From a virus (taxonomy: Duplodnaviria > Caudoviricetes): a stretch of 61,917 nt of DNA. The notes under the pieces were generated by a model. It had not been told where the DNA came from, did no database searches, and saw only the letters and a program-made list of their open reading frames with translations. The stretch lies in IMG/VR virus record IMGVR_UViG_3300014839_000001, positions 1 through 61,917 of that record; one strand, 5' to 3'. The stretch's first letter is position 1, and every line of letters starts with the position of its first letter. The translations under genes were made by a program, and so were the position numbers. Shown in pieces: positions 16,987-26,591 of the stretch.

Positions 16987-17699
16987 AGCTCCTCCCTACA
17001 ATCAATGCAAAGCGGGGGGTTGCCGAATTCCACTTCGCGGATCAGCACTTTAGATTCAACCAGCTCGCTCAGGACGCCTTGAGCGGCGTTCTCTAGCAGC
17101 CGGTAGCGTTCGAGCCCCTTTACCTCACTCGCACCTGGGTACGCGTCTGCGGCCTCGTTGAGCGCGTCGTTGATGATCTGATGAAGCTCCTCTTTGTCCA
17201 CAAAAATTCTGCGCTTCGATGTCGCGCTCCAACTGTCATACGCTTGAAGTTGTTTTTTCAATTTAGCCGCTGTTTTCTCAAGTGCCCGCGTGAAACGCTT
17301 CAACCGCTTTGGCGTCTCACCTTTTGTCTCAAGAATTTGAAATTCGGCAGATTCCTCTGCTTCTGCTTCCAGCACCTCCGCCCCAAGAGTTTGGTACCTT
17401 GCATAGATTCTTTCCAGCGGCATATTTTCAACGTCGCTGTTGCAGACCGGGCAACCGCCATTCCCGAGAAATAAACCATGCTTCGCGCAGTTGTAGGGAT
17501 CGTCCGGACTCGCCTGATCCGCGTGTTCGCAGAAATCACATTTCACTCCGGTACAACCAGGTTCGTGAAGCGTCCTCACTTCTTGCCCTGGCCCATGTTC
17601 GACATCACAATCGCATGCGTCGTCGCCCATGAAACCTTTCCCATTCGAGCAGATAGCAAAAAGCGGGATCAACGCTTTCTTGTGCTTCGCGCAAGTCAT
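16983..17699 (-). CDS. Cys-rich hypothetical protein
   Basis: Multiple Cys/His clusters. Confidence 0.55.
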   Translation of the reverse strand: MTCAKHKKALIPLFAICSNGKGFMGDDACDCDVEHGPGQEVRTLHEPGCTGVKCDFCEHADQASPDDPYNCAKHGLFLGNGGCPVCNSDVENMPLERIYARYQTLGAEVLEAEAEESAEFQILETKGETPKRLKRFTRALEKTAAKLKKQLQAYDSWSATSKRRIFVDKEELHQIINDALNEAADAYPGASEVKGLERYRLLENAAQGVLSELVESKVLIREVEFGNPPLCIDCREEL

Positions 17700-18088
17700 T
17701 TCCTGCCCCGCTTCTTCTTGACAACTTCCAATTCCAATGTTGCTCCGCACTTCGCGCACAGCGACGGCGGAAACTTGAAATTGGCTATTTGAATGTCAAA
17801 AAGTCTTAGGTCTTTAAGAATTTCAATGGCAATAAACATCAGGTTGTAGTCGATATACTCCTGCGGCATCCTAACCGGAACGTAAGACCGACCAACCTTG
17901 ACGGCGGTATCTCCATTCGTACCAAGGCGCAGCCGATTCAGAATCCTGTTCAGCACCTTCTGCGTTTCTTCGTCTTGGTAGTCCCAAGCTTCTTTAGCCA
18001 TTTCCCCGCGAATTTCAGTAACGGCCTTCCAATTATCAACCGCTTCGTCCAAAACTTTTTTGTTTGGTAAAATTGATTTACGGCTCAC
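17696..18088 (-). CDS. Hypothetical protein with C-terminal CxxC and basic tail
   Basis: GAGGA RBS; CAKC; VVKKKRGRK. Confidence 0.6.
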   Translation of the reverse strand: MSRKSILPNKKVLDEAVDNWKAVTEIRGEMAKEAWDYQDEETQKVLNRILNRLRLGTNGDTAVKVGRSYVPVRMPQEYIDYNLMFIAIEILKDLRLFDIQIANFKFPPSLCAKCGATLELEVVKKKRGRK

Positions 18089-18257
18089 GCTTCCCCGTCC
18101 TCCTCTATCTCTCTAACCGCTACGACATGAATCGTTTCGCTATTACCACCTGTACCCGTCAGTCGTTCAAACGTTCCCAACAACCTCACGATCTCATAGC
18201 CAAGGGGAGCGGGTTCGCCAGCGGCGAGACGTAGGATCTTCTCTAAACCCTGGATTG

Positions 18258-18509
18258 TCATCCCTTCTCCTTCCCGGCTAGGGCTTGGCGGGCGACTGCG
18301 ACTGACCAGTGATCGCTTGTTACTTCGCCAATCGTTGTCAGCGCCTCTCGCAGGTATTCGTTCCCCTCTTGGAGGGCCATAATTTCCGAGAGGACGTTTT
18401 CAACATCGTCCATACCGAATGGGGCCATGCTTACAGCCGGGCCTGGGCCTTGCTTTGTCGCAGCGATACCGACAGCTAGACGCTTAAAAGATTCCGATTG
18501 CGCTCTCAT
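18258..18509 (-). CDS. Hypothetical protein
   Basis: ATGA coupling; LREAL..I...ARQAL motif. Confidence 0.55.
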   Translation of the reverse strand: MRAQSESFKRLAVGIAATKQGPGPAVSMAPFGMDDVENVLSEIMALQEGNEYLREALTTIGEVTSDHWSVAVARQALAGKEKG

Positions 18510-18868
18510 GGCCCGTCTTCCCTCATGGCAGCATCGAGCGCTTTTTCGGCGTCGGCTTCGTCCCCGGTCATATCTGCGACCATCCGCAGCGCCGCCGCTT
18601 CCCCGCTAGGTAGTTCACGCGGCGTGGCAATCTTCTGGCCAAGGAGGGCCTGACGCGCAAGTGCTCCGGGAATGCCACGTTTATCGTCAGCCGCGATATC
18701 CCGCAGTGCGTCTCTCAACTCCTCCCGTGCAGCCTCGGAGGTGGCTAGATCGGATTCGAGGGCGGCGATGTGGTCTAATAATTTGATCCGGTCGTCATCC
18801 CAATCAGCCCATTTCTCGACGTGTTGCTGAATGTCAGCCAGCTCCTCCGCGCTCATCTTGTCAGTCAT
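18506..18868 (-). CDS. Hypothetical protein
   Basis: GGAGG RBS; LRDAL..I...ARQAL motif. Confidence 0.6.
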   Translation of the reverse strand: MTDKMSAEELADIQQHVEKWADWDDDRIKLLDHIAALESDLATSEAAREELRDALRDIAADDKRGIPGALARQALLGQKIATPRELPSGEAAALRMVADMTGDEADAEKALDAAMREDGP

Positions 18869-19119
18869 TCGTTGCCTCCGTACTTGGCGAAGTGCCCATC
18901 AACGATTTCGTTAGCTTCCCTCCACGTCCACGTATCCAGTGAGCCAATCTCGCATAGCGCTTCCTCTGCCGCTGTTAGTCGCGCGGCTATGCCGCGAAGA
19001 AACTCCGCGAGCCGTTCCCTGGCGCACACGAACTCGTCCGCAACGTCTCGATGTACTTCGTAGTTCAGGTCGGACAGAATCTCTGCGATCTTCTCTTCGC
19101 TCAGCACGTCATCAGGCAT
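18865..19119 (-). CDS. Hypothetical protein
   Basis: GAGGAG RBS before MPDDVLSEE. Confidence 0.55.
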   Translation of the reverse strand: MPDDVLSEEKIAEILSDLNYEVHRDVADEFVCARERLAEFLRGIAARLTAAEEALCEIGSLDTWTWREANEIVDGHFAKYGGNE

Positions 19120-19287
19120 GGGGAGTCTCCTCGGGTATGCGGACGTGGGCCGAAAAGGCGGGAGAACGCTCAGTGTGAACCGTGTCCACCATAAACAGAC
19201 GTGCAACAACATGGGTATCGGGTAGACAACCATCATCGGAGATTTCAACCCACGCCCTCACGCCGCGATAAACGATCTCTGTGGATT

Positions 19288-19830
19288 TCATCCTTCTCGC
19301 CTCTCTGGCTTTGGCTCCTCGGGCCTGGCTGCCCTTTCTACGAGTTCTGCGAGCGCGTTCCGAGAGATGTGATCTTCTTTCCCGAGTCCTACTCTGACAA
19401 TCCCGGCAAGCTTCTCGGCACTCGGCCCGCCGGGTGAAGACTTTCCCGCGATCCCCAACTCCCGAAGGAAACACGGGCCGCAGATAATCGGTGACTCTCC
19501 TAGTTGCGGAACATGAAACTCACCCTCTACATCTCCGCAGTAAAGGCACATTCCCTCTGCCCCGTCACTGACCGGGGTGATTCCTAGTTGGCTCCAAAGT
19601 TTCTCAGTCATCGCGCCCTCCTCTGAGACGAAAAGACAACACCAACACTTAGCAACTCCACACTCGCGTCTACTCCACTTGTGATCCGAGCAAACGTATG
19701 AGTGCCCGCGTTCTTTATGCCCGCACTTGCATACGTCGTCGCTCATGGCTTGTTCCTCTCGAACCATGTAACACCGACGACCAGACCGAGCAAGAACGCG
19801 ATAACCCCTACCCAAATCATCAGTTCCCAT
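19288..19830 (-). CDS. Cys-rich hypothetical protein (possibly several fused small ORFs)
   Basis: Internal GAGGA RBS + Met at MSDDVC and MTEKLW. Confidence 0.45.
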   Translation of the reverse strand: MGTDDLGRGYRVLARSGRRCYMVREEQAMSDDVCKCGHKERGHSYVCSDHKWSRRECGVAKCWCCLFVSEEGAMTEKLWSQLGITPVSDGAEGMCLYCGDVEGEFHVPQLGESPIICGPCFLRELGIAGKSSPGGPSAEKLAGIVRVGLGKEDHISRNALAELVERAARPEEPKPERREG

Positions 19831-19965
19831 TTGCTCATCTCGTCTCCTCTCGGGCTAGTAGGTGAGCCTTCTTGAGCGCCCATTCAACGAACTTGTCTTG
19901 CCGCGATGCCGAGCGCCCGAAGATGAAAAGCAGGCTGCCGAGCTTCTTGATTTGACTCTCGCGGC

Positions 19966-20337
19966 TCACTTCTCTCCTTGGTTGGGGACTAGCTCGAACT
20001 CGATGCGCCAGACTTGTTGATAATGATCGAATCCATCACCGTAAATGGTGGCCCACCGGCTCCAGAACGCGGCCGGGGTCTTGAACCCCTCCCAAGTGCA
20101 TTCGTACGGTTTCCAGACATCCATAAGATTCTCCCGGCGCACCGAGACTATTCGTACTCGCCCAATCGACTTCTTGCCTCGACCCGGCTGGACGGCGTAA
20201 TCAATGCCGGGTAGGTAGCGGCACGGGATAGCGTCCCGATTCTTGCTGCGAATATCCGGCACGTACTTCACTGGCCGCCGCGTAACCGTCTTCCTGCCAG
20301 ATAGGATCAATTCGCAGAGATCAGGAGAGAAGATCAT
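19966..20337 (-). CDS. ASCH-domain protein
   Basis: ILSGRKTVTRR (GxKxxxxR), EGF, VWRIEF. Confidence 0.85.
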   Translation of the reverse strand: MIFSPDLCELILSGRKTVTRRPVKYVPDIRSKNRDAIPCRYLPGIDYAVQPGRGKKSIGRVRIVSVRRENLMDVWKPYECTWEGFKTPAAFWSRWATIYGDGFDHYQQVWRIEFELVPNQGEK

Positions 20338-21047
20338 TCGCTCTCCTTCGTCACTGGGTTAGAAGTCTTTTGAAATTCTCCCGCTTCCAACGCGGTGATT
20401 GCTTCTTCAACCATATCTGGCCACAAGCTTTCGTCGGGCGTGTAATTGCGCCACCAGTCGATGACATACATACCCTCGGGTTTCAAATCCATAAAGCGAG
20501 CCTCCAACGACGGCTCACGCGGCTTCGCCATCACAGGATAGAACGCTTTTGAGTGGCGCGGCTTTTGCTGCTTCGTTTTGTCCTGCGGCTTGATTGAAAA
20601 AGTACGCACCTTTGAAGTTTTCTTTCCTGACTTCAAGCAAGCCTCAGCGCTTCTCTGTCGAACGGCTAGCTTGCGTTCCCTAGCTGTCTGCATTGCGGCT
20701 CCTTTCCCTGTCGCCACTACGACCACGCCTATCTTATCATCCCTGGGCGGTTTACGCAAGCTATTCTTAGGAGGCTTGCCTAAGCTCCAAGGCTTCAGGA
20801 TTTTCAAGTCGTCCAGCAGCTCGGGTGCGCCGAGCGCAGTAAACCACCGATCAGCGGTACGCGGGTTGACCCACTGCCGGTCGCCATGCACGAGTTTACG
20901 CACAGCAGCTTCGCTGACGCCTATGCGTCGGGCCAATGCTGAAATCGACCCTTCCCTCTCAAGAAAAGGTTGAAGAAGACTGACGACATCGGCAATAGGG
21001 TAAGCCGTCTGATGATAACGCTTAATCTCCACGGCTTGTTCGCTCAT
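20334..21047 (-). CDS. HTH (XRE-like) DNA-binding protein
   Basis: SISALARRIGVSEAAVRKL. Confidence 0.65.
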   Translation of the reverse strand: MSEQAVEIKRYHQTAYPIADVVSLLQPFLEREGSISALARRIGVSEAAVRKLVHGDRQWVNPRTADRWFTALGAPELLDDLKILKPWSLGKPPKNSLRKPPRDDKIGVVVVATGKGAAMQTARERKLAVRQRSAEACLKSGKKTSKVRTFSIKPQDKTKQQKPRHSKAFYPVMAKPREPSLEARFMDLKPEGMYVIDWWRNYTPDESLWPDMVEEAITALEAGEFQKTSNPVTKESE

Positions 21048-21594
21048 TTTCCCTCCTGCTAATTTCTCGGCTACTGCCCTCCTGCAATTTCAAGTACGCA
21101 CCGATAACGCCTTCGATCAACGCCTTCTTCCTTTCCAATACGGCAATACCGTCCTCTAGCTTTTTAATCTCGGGCTCAAGAGCAGCCTGCGCGTCAACTT
21201 CAAACTTCTTGCCCTGGTTTTTGTCAATGAACCTTGCTTTGGCTAGTTTCAGTTCGCGCCGCTTCTCGATGAGATCGGCTTCTGCAATCGAAGCATGATA
21301 GATCGCATACCCAACGCGTACTGCGAACTCACTATGTATCCGGCCTATCTCCTTCGAGCTAACCGAAGTGAAATCAAGACGCAATTCCCTTTCGTCTGCT
21401 GTTATTGCGCCTGGAACGACCAGTGACAATTGTGCCAGGAACCTTTCGTTCTCGATCGACGGCAGTTCGATTTTCAGTTTCCCTTCCTCGCTGAATACGT
21501 GTGACCTCTTCCTTGCAATTTTTCGAGAAGGGGCAGTTTTCAAACTGGATACTGCGGGTGCTCGTGCAGGCTGGCTTCGGGATTTCTTCCGCAT
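21022..21594 (-). CDS. Coiled-coil protein, UvsY-like recombination mediator candidate
   Basis: AGGAGGT RBS; helical, ends SREISRR; next to exonuclease and RecA. Confidence 0.45.
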   Translation of the reverse strand: MRKKSRSQPARAPAVSSLKTAPSRKIARKRSHVFSEEGKLKIELPSIENERFLAQLSLVVPGAITADERELRLDFTSVSSKEIGRIHSEFAVRVGYAIYHASIAEADLIEKRRELKLAKARFIDKNQGKKFEVDAQAALEPEIKKLEDGIAVLERKKALIEGVIGAYLKLQEGSSREISRRENERTSRGD

Positions 21595-22336
21595 CGACTG
21601 ACCTCCTAAGCTCGTTCAATTTCCGTTTGACTTCACTTCTATACCGCGATACTTCAAAGACATCTTCGTGCAGCGCAGTCGGTGAACCGTTCTGCGTCGG
21701 CCCGCCTTTGTTCTCTCCGACTAAGATACACTTGTCAACTTTGAGAGATTTCAATTCCTGCCCGCTGAAGGGCTCGACCACGCGACCGATGTTGTTGTTG
21801 ACCGCGTAGCACACGAGTTGAATTCGATGCGTCGGCGTCGCGCCTTCGCGTTGAAATTTCATGAACGCCTGAACGTTCATCCCCTTGAAATCGATGATGT
21901 ATGGAACATCGTCAATTACAACCAAGCCGTCAAGCGTTCCAACCAAATCCCCGTTAGGATGATACGTGCGCAGCTCGACACCAATCAGCTTGAGCTTGCC
22001 GAGCTGATCGAGCCGGTATAGACAATACTGCCACTTGAAGTGCCTGAAGTTCCCATCAATGAAGAACGAATTCATTCGCGGGTCTGGAACAAGCACCTTC
22101 TCGTATCCCATTCGCGCAAAATACGCTCGACGCACGCACTGTCCCAGCATCGACGGCGAGAAGACTTTTTCAATGCGCGGCATCTTGCGAGCATTGAGTA
22201 GCGCAGTCATAAATTCCACATCGCCGGGTTTGTCCATATCTTGCGGCTTCTCAAGAAGTTCCTCGATCAGCGGTACGAGGACGCCACCTTTTGAGCGGCG
22301 CGCGTCACGAATTCGGCGTTCAGTCTGCGTTGTCAT
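21374..22336 (-). CDS. Cas4/AddB-like PD-(D/E)XK exonuclease
   Basis: SPS.LG.C.RR, GN..H, GTLDG, IIDFK, QL..Y, C-terminal C..CPF...C. Confidence 0.85.
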   Translation of the reverse strand: MTTQTERRIRDARRSKGGVLVPLIEELLEKPQDMDKPGDVEFMTALLNARKMPRIEKVFSPSMLGQCVRRAYFARMGYEKVLVPDPRMNSFFIDGNFRHFKWQYCLYRLDQLGKLKLIGVELRTYHPNGDLVGTLDGLVVIDDVPYIIDFKGMNVQAFMKFQREGATPTHRIQLVCYAVNNNIGRVVEPFSGQELKSLKVDKCILVGENKGGPTQNGSPTALHEDVFEVSRYRSEVKRKLNELRRSVDAEEIPKPACTSTRSIQFENCPFSKNCKEEVTRIQRGRETENRTAVDRERKVPGTIVTGRSRRNNSRRKGIAS

Positions 22337-23063
22337 TGCAATCAGGGCCGCACGATATATTTTCAGTTATTTCTTCATCTATTTCGTCATACGGAATTTC
22401 ATCAATGAAAATTCGTTCTCCATGCAAGCGCGTAAGACGAACTCCTAATTTCCGAGATTGAAAAGAGCGGCGTTCAAACGTTTCTGGAAAAAGCTTTCGT
22501 ACTTTTTTCCAATACGCAATGCTAGTCGCCTTCACGCACCCAATACAGTTGTTATTCCGAAACCCAAAACCGTACATAGCCGGAAGTTCAATCCCGACGT
22601 TTGCCACCAAATCCAAACACATTTGTTTTGTGTAACCCTCATCGCGCAATACCCAGTCCAAACGAAGTTCAGGGTTATTGGCGTCAAGGCGGTCAATGCG
22701 TTTTATCTCATCTGCGGTCATTCCAAACACATGAATGTCGCTAGGGAGTTGATATTGAAATCTAGGAATTTTTTTCATTTCAGTAGTGCATCTTGCGCCA
22801 GATATACCAGCCATATATCGCGTTCGTTCAAAAACGTCATCGATTGAAACGTATTTTGACGAGCTTATTATTTCAACGTCTTTGTGAAGCCACTTTTCAA
22901 CCGACTTCAAAAAAGTTTTATTCGATGGATGCTCGCTAGAAAGTACGTTGCAATAAACGAGACGTACACGGTCAACGTCATATTTTTTTAGTGCCAAGTA
23001 CGAAGCAGTCGCAGAAGCGGCACCGCACGAAAACCAAACAACAACCCGGCGTTGCTTGCGCAA
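22320..23063 (-). CDS. PAPS-reductase-like (PP-loop) protein
   Basis: VVWFSCGAASA, RCT..KK.P, NNNCIGCVK, SCG..C. Confidence 0.75.
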   Translation of the reverse strand: MRKQRRVVVWFSCGAASATASYLALKKYDVDRVRLVYCNVLSSEHPSNKTFLKSVEKWLHKDVEIISSSKYVSIDDVFERTRYMAGISGARCTTEMKKIPRFQYQLPSDIHVFGMTADEIKRIDRLDANNPELRLDWVLRDEGYTKQMCLDLVANVGIELPAMYGFGFRNNNCIGCVKATSIAYWKKVRKLFPETFERRSFQSRKLGVRLTRLHGERIFIDEIPYDEIDEEITENISCGPDCNDNAD

Positions 23064-23064
23064 G

Positions 23065-23406
23065 TTATTTCCCTTCCTCGATCATTGCCTGTATCGCCAG
23101 AAAGTCTTCCTGCCGAATTGCGATCAGTTTCAATCCCTGAATGTTGACCATCATCGCAGGTAGCATCCCTGGCGGTGTTGAAAACGCTTCACGCGTGATC
23201 TTCTCGAATTCGTCCTTGTTGATCGAGTACGACCCGCTGTTTGTGATCCGCGTTTCCACCAGAAACCCGCAAAGCGTGTTGTCACGCCTGTTGAACCAGT
23301 GACGGCCCGAGTTTACTTGTTTCGATCCACCAGGAAGCTTGCCAACCCGCTCCTCTTCGCGGCGAGCCTTCCGCTGTTTGTTAGCTTGTTTCCAAGGGGT
23401 GTCCAT
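23065..23406 (-). CDS. PD-(D/E)XK nuclease, Hjc-like
   Basis: EERV..L.GG...VNSG...D....FLVETR. Confidence 0.6.
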   Translation of the reverse strand: MDTPWKQANKQRKARREEERVGKLPGGSKQVNSGRHWFNRRDNTLCGFLVETRITNSGSYSINKDEFEKITREAFSTPPGMLPAMMVNIQGLKLIAIRQEDFLAIQAMIEEGK

Positions 23407-23680
23407 TGTCTACCTCCACCACTGAAATTTCTTTGATCGCCATCGCAAAATTCTCAGCTATTTCAACTTGATTAAACCCCGAAAGAGATGCCCCGAACTC
23501 AGCGTCAAGGATTTCCTCTATCAGCGAACCAAAGTCTTCTTCAGCGCATTCTTTCATCATTTCAATAAGCGCTTCCCAATCGTTTTTTCCTTCAGCTTTC
23601 AATTCCAAAAAGTATTCTTCGTCAAACCACATTGAAGACAAAACCTTTTCTTTTTCAATTTTTATCTTAATTGTCAACAT
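23381..23680 (-). CDS. Acidic hypothetical protein
   Basis: Coupled ORF. Confidence 0.5.
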   Translation of the reverse strand: MLTIKIKIEKEKVLSSMWFDEEYFLELKAEGKNDWEALIEMMKECAEEDFGSLIEEILDAEFGASLSGFNQVEIAENFAMAIKEISVVEVDNGHPLETS

Positions 23681-23870
23681 TCTTTTTTCTCCGTTTCGTC
23701 CATGCGGCGAACCGATTCACTGACTCAACACAACATCTACCAATGTCAGCGCGGACTGAGTAGTTGCAGGCGTCCGTCATCTTTCCGTTCCTGACCGGCG
23801 AAAGGTAAATCTTGGCAACGATTTCAGCAGGCTTCCCGCATACATCGCACGTTCTAAGTCGTGCCATCAT
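23667..23870 (-). CDS. Small Zn-finger protein
   Basis: GAGGAGG RBS; TCDVCG. Confidence 0.55.
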   Translation of the reverse strand: MMARLRTCDVCGKPAEIVAKIYLSPVRNGKMTDACNYSVRADIGRCCVESVNRFAAWTKRRKKNVDN

Positions 23871-25681
23871 GCCTCCTCGATTGAAATTGTCAGTTCTTTG
23901 GTTTTCTCGCCAATGAGCCATTCCAACTCTTCGCGCATGTCGTCATTGTCAATGAGAAGTTTCTTGAACCTTGATTCGGTTCCCGACCACGGCTGCTTCT
24001 CTGAGTCAATGTAAGTGAAGGTGTTTCCGCTGCGCGTGATTGCACCGTCTTGGAGCCCCAAGTTGATGATTTCAACTTCATGATCGATACAGCCGTTCTC
24101 GGTATCAAAGAGAAACATGCCAGCCATTTCCGGTCGAGCTGTCTTTTGCTTTTCAGCTCGCACCATAACCCACTGGCCTACTGGTACGTCCGTAGCGACG
24201 AGCTTTCCCTTCTTGGCAACCTGCTTTGACCGCTTCTCCTTCTTCTCGCGCTTCAGTTCCAACCGAATAGATGCGTAGAATTTCAACGCTCGACCACCAG
24301 GAGTCGTAATGCCGCCATAACCACTGATTTTGTCAATGACTTGATTCGTCCAGATGAAAAGCGTCTCATCATTAACCGTGGTGACTCGACGCAATGCGCG
24401 GCTCATCATCCGGGCTCGACCCGCTGTGCGATCCTCACCTTCCTCCGGGTCTTTGTTCAGTTCTTCGTTCGGCAGAAGCGACGCCACCGAATCAATTGTC
24501 ACAATATCGGCACCTTCCGGGCCAGCGAGAAGCATCAGAAGTTTGATCGTCTCTTCCGCCGTGCTCGGCCGGTGAATCAGCAACTCGTCTATGTCGCCGC
24601 CAAGCTTCTTGAACCACTTGGAATCAAAGATGCCCTCGCTATCGATGAGCGCGCATAGCTCGCCCCGCTGCTGAGCCAACACCATTGTCATGTACGCAAG
24701 AAACGATTTGCCGCTTGAATTGTGAGAGCAAAGGCCATCGGCAAAAAAGGTTTTGGTGCTTGTACCAAAAACGCAAACTTCTTGTTCCCCAACATACCGC
24801 ACTTTTTTCACTGTTGCATAAACGTCTCGACCGTCAGTATACCCGTTCTGCCCATGTGTGGTGAATGCCTTACCAACCCAAAACTTGTTGTCAAACCTTT
24901 TTGGTTTCACTTGACCCAAAAAACGCATGACTTCAGGAACACCACCGCAAACATAAACGCCATGACAGCCAGTACCATTTCCGTTTGCTGACCTGTGATG
25001 AACTTGAAAACCAAGTTTTTTCATTAATTCAAGTGCGTAATCCAACACAACGCCCTCGTTTTGAGAAAAGCCAAACCGGCCGCCACTAAGCCAACCTTCA
25101 CCATCAACTAACCCCGCCAAGTATGTTGCCGCTTCCGCATTTTCAGGCTTGTCCCAGCGATCCCCCAACCAAAGTATTTTGTCACCAACTGAAAGATTGC
25201 GCGACGTTATCCACATCGGCGATTTATATGTTTTGTTCAAGGTCAACCACCCGTGACTTGCGCTAGCCACAGTTTTTGTTCCCTTGTCCGTTGTAATTTC
25301 AAAACACGGCAATACCCGCCGATTGTTGCGCCCCATTGTTGACAATTGAAGTTTACGCTTTTTTCCTCGTCCACCTGGCCCAAATTCGTCAAACCCGACC
25401 AACTCATTACCGCATTTCAGTTCTTCTGCTGGCAACCATTCCAGGTCAGACGTAAGGATCGCCGTATCAGGCGAAACACAGTAATCGCCAAAGATTTCAA
25501 CATGACGACCGCGAGGAAACCCGCCGCCCGTAATTCGTTCTACTGTGAGACTTCCGCACGGCACGCGCTTGACCTCGTATTTGTCATCGCTGGCGAACCC
25601 GAGCACTGGGGCTTTCATTGCCGTGTTGATAGCGCTGGCTAAAGCGGCGGCAGGTGAAGCAGTCCTTCCTTTGCGCGCCAT
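23867..25681 (-). CDS. recA: RecA-like recombinase containing an intein
   Basis: GGFPRGRHVEIFG..|SSGKS, LIDSE, IDSVASL, TPGGRALKFYASIRL. Confidence 0.93.
   Translation of the reverse strand: MARKGRTASPAAALASAINTAMKAPVLGFASDDKYEVKRVPCGSLTVERITGGGFPRGRHVEIFGDYCVSPDTAILTSDLEWLPAEELKCGNELVGFDEFGPGGRGKKRKLQLSTMGRNNRRVLPCFEITTDKGTKTVASASHGWLTLNKTYKSPMWITSRNLSVGDKILWLGDRWDKPENAEAATYLAGLVDGEGWLSGGRFGFSQNEGVVLDYALELMKKLGFQVHHRSANGNGTGCHGVYVCGGVPEVMRFLGQVKPKRFDNKFWVGKAFTTHGQNGYTDGRDVYATVKKVRYVGEQEVCVFGTSTKTFFADGLCSHNSSGKSFLAYMTMVLAQQRGELCALIDSEGIFDSKWFKKLGGDIDELLIHRPSTAEETIKLLMLLAGPEGADIVTIDSVASLLPNEELNKDPEEGEDRTAGRARMMSRALRRVTTVNDETLFIWTNQVIDKISGYGGITTPGGRALKFYASIRLELKREKKEKRSKQVAKKGKLVATDVPVGQWVMVRAEKQKTARPEMAGMFLFDTENGCIDHEVEIINLGLQDGAITRSGNTFTYIDSEKQPWSGTESRFKKLLIDNDDMREELEWLIGEKTKELTISIEEA
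24719..25480 (-). mobile_element. Intein (254 aa) with LAGLIDADG motif in the RecA Walker A loop
   Basis: Y|CVSPDT ... ASASHGW ... YLAGLVDGEG ... FFADGLCSHN|S. Confidence 0.92.
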
Positions 25682-25893
25682 TAAGGGTACGCTACTTTCA
25701 TGAGCACTTCGAACCGAATCGCCTTTCCAACATGCGGGCACCCAACGTGCGTTTCAAAACTCACGCACCCTGCGCCGTCACGCCTTATAAGTGGTTGTTC
25801 ATCTGATTCGATCAAAAGTTGGTCATGAACAGCCTTTGACGCAGCAGAAACCAACCGCTTTGTCAACTGACCCTCTGGTGAATTAGCGTCCAC
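25681..25893 (-). CDS. Hypothetical protein
   Basis: AGGAGGG RBS; TAATG coupling to recA. Confidence 0.5.
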   Translation of the reverse strand: MDANSPEGQLTKRLVSAASKAVHDQLLIESDEQPLIRRDGAGCVSFETHVGCPHVGKAIRFEVLMKVAYP

Positions 25894-26170
25894 GGTTAAC
25901 CCTCCTTGACATTTTTGCTACCTTGTTCTTGGCCCGACGTTTCTTCTTCATTTTCAACGCATGAACCCGCGCACCCGGCTTCTCTTTCGTGACAACCAAC
26001 ATTCCGCTCTTACGCTTTTTGCTGATCTTCGTAACAAGTTCGGACTCACGTATTTTGTGAAGCTGATCCTTGAGTGACAACTTCTCCGCGATCTGGCCAG
26101 GAATTAAAAGGCCCGATGCGCGTTTAGCCCACTTTGGTTTGTCTTTGTTTTCAAGCGGCATTGTCGTCAT
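25883..26170 (-). CDS. Basic hypothetical protein
   Basis: K/R-rich C-terminus KKRRAKNKVAKMSRRVNR. Confidence 0.5.
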   Translation of the reverse strand: MTTMPLENKDKPKWAKRASGLLIPGQIAEKLSLKDQLHKIRESELVTKISKKRKSGMLVVTKEKPGARVHALKMKKKRRAKNKVAKMSRRVNRGR

Positions 26171-26591
26171 CCCACAATTTCTTCGGCGGGTCGTTCCTCG
26201 GTTTCCACTCCGGACTTTCCGCCGCACGTTCAACAGACGGGTCGGGCGGTATCTCGGTCACTGAGTCATCGCTATACGCAACGGCATACTTGCCACTCGT
26301 ATAAACAGGATCGCAAACCAAAAGCCGACCATGCGGGCAAGTAATTATTTCGCGGTGCCCATCCTTCTTTGGCAATCTGAATGTCAACTCAGCTTCATCT
26401 TGGCTAACAGTGATATGTTCAAGAACCAACCCCGGCAGCCCTTCTGCTACAGCAAATTGCAAATCCGCTCCCACATACAATTCGCCATCACCCTCAAAAA
26501 AGATCGTGAAGCCATCTTTTTTGCCGTTCTTCCTTTTCACTTTTGTCGCAACAACATGCCGACCGATGAAATACTCAGGCTTTGCTTGCAT
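26151..26591 (-). CDS. Hypothetical protein
   Basis: Overlaps the dnaE end. Confidence 0.55.
   Translation of the reverse strand: MQAKPEYFIGRHVVATKVKRKNGKKDGFTIFFEGDGELYVGADLQFAVAEGLPGLVLEHITVSQDEAELTFRLPKKDGHREIITCPHGRLLVCDPVYTSGKYAVAYSDDSVTEIPPDPSVERAAESPEWKPRNDPPKKLWDDDNAA

Noticed and set aside
20334-21047. Prophage repressor implying a temperate lifestyle
   Set aside because: The HTH sits inside a co-directional operon, with no integrase, ParAB or divergent cI/cro switch recognised
21374-22336. CRISPR-Cas system suggested by the Cas4-like gene
   Set aside because: No repeat-spacer array or other cas genes seen; solo Cas4-like nucleases are common in phage recombination modules
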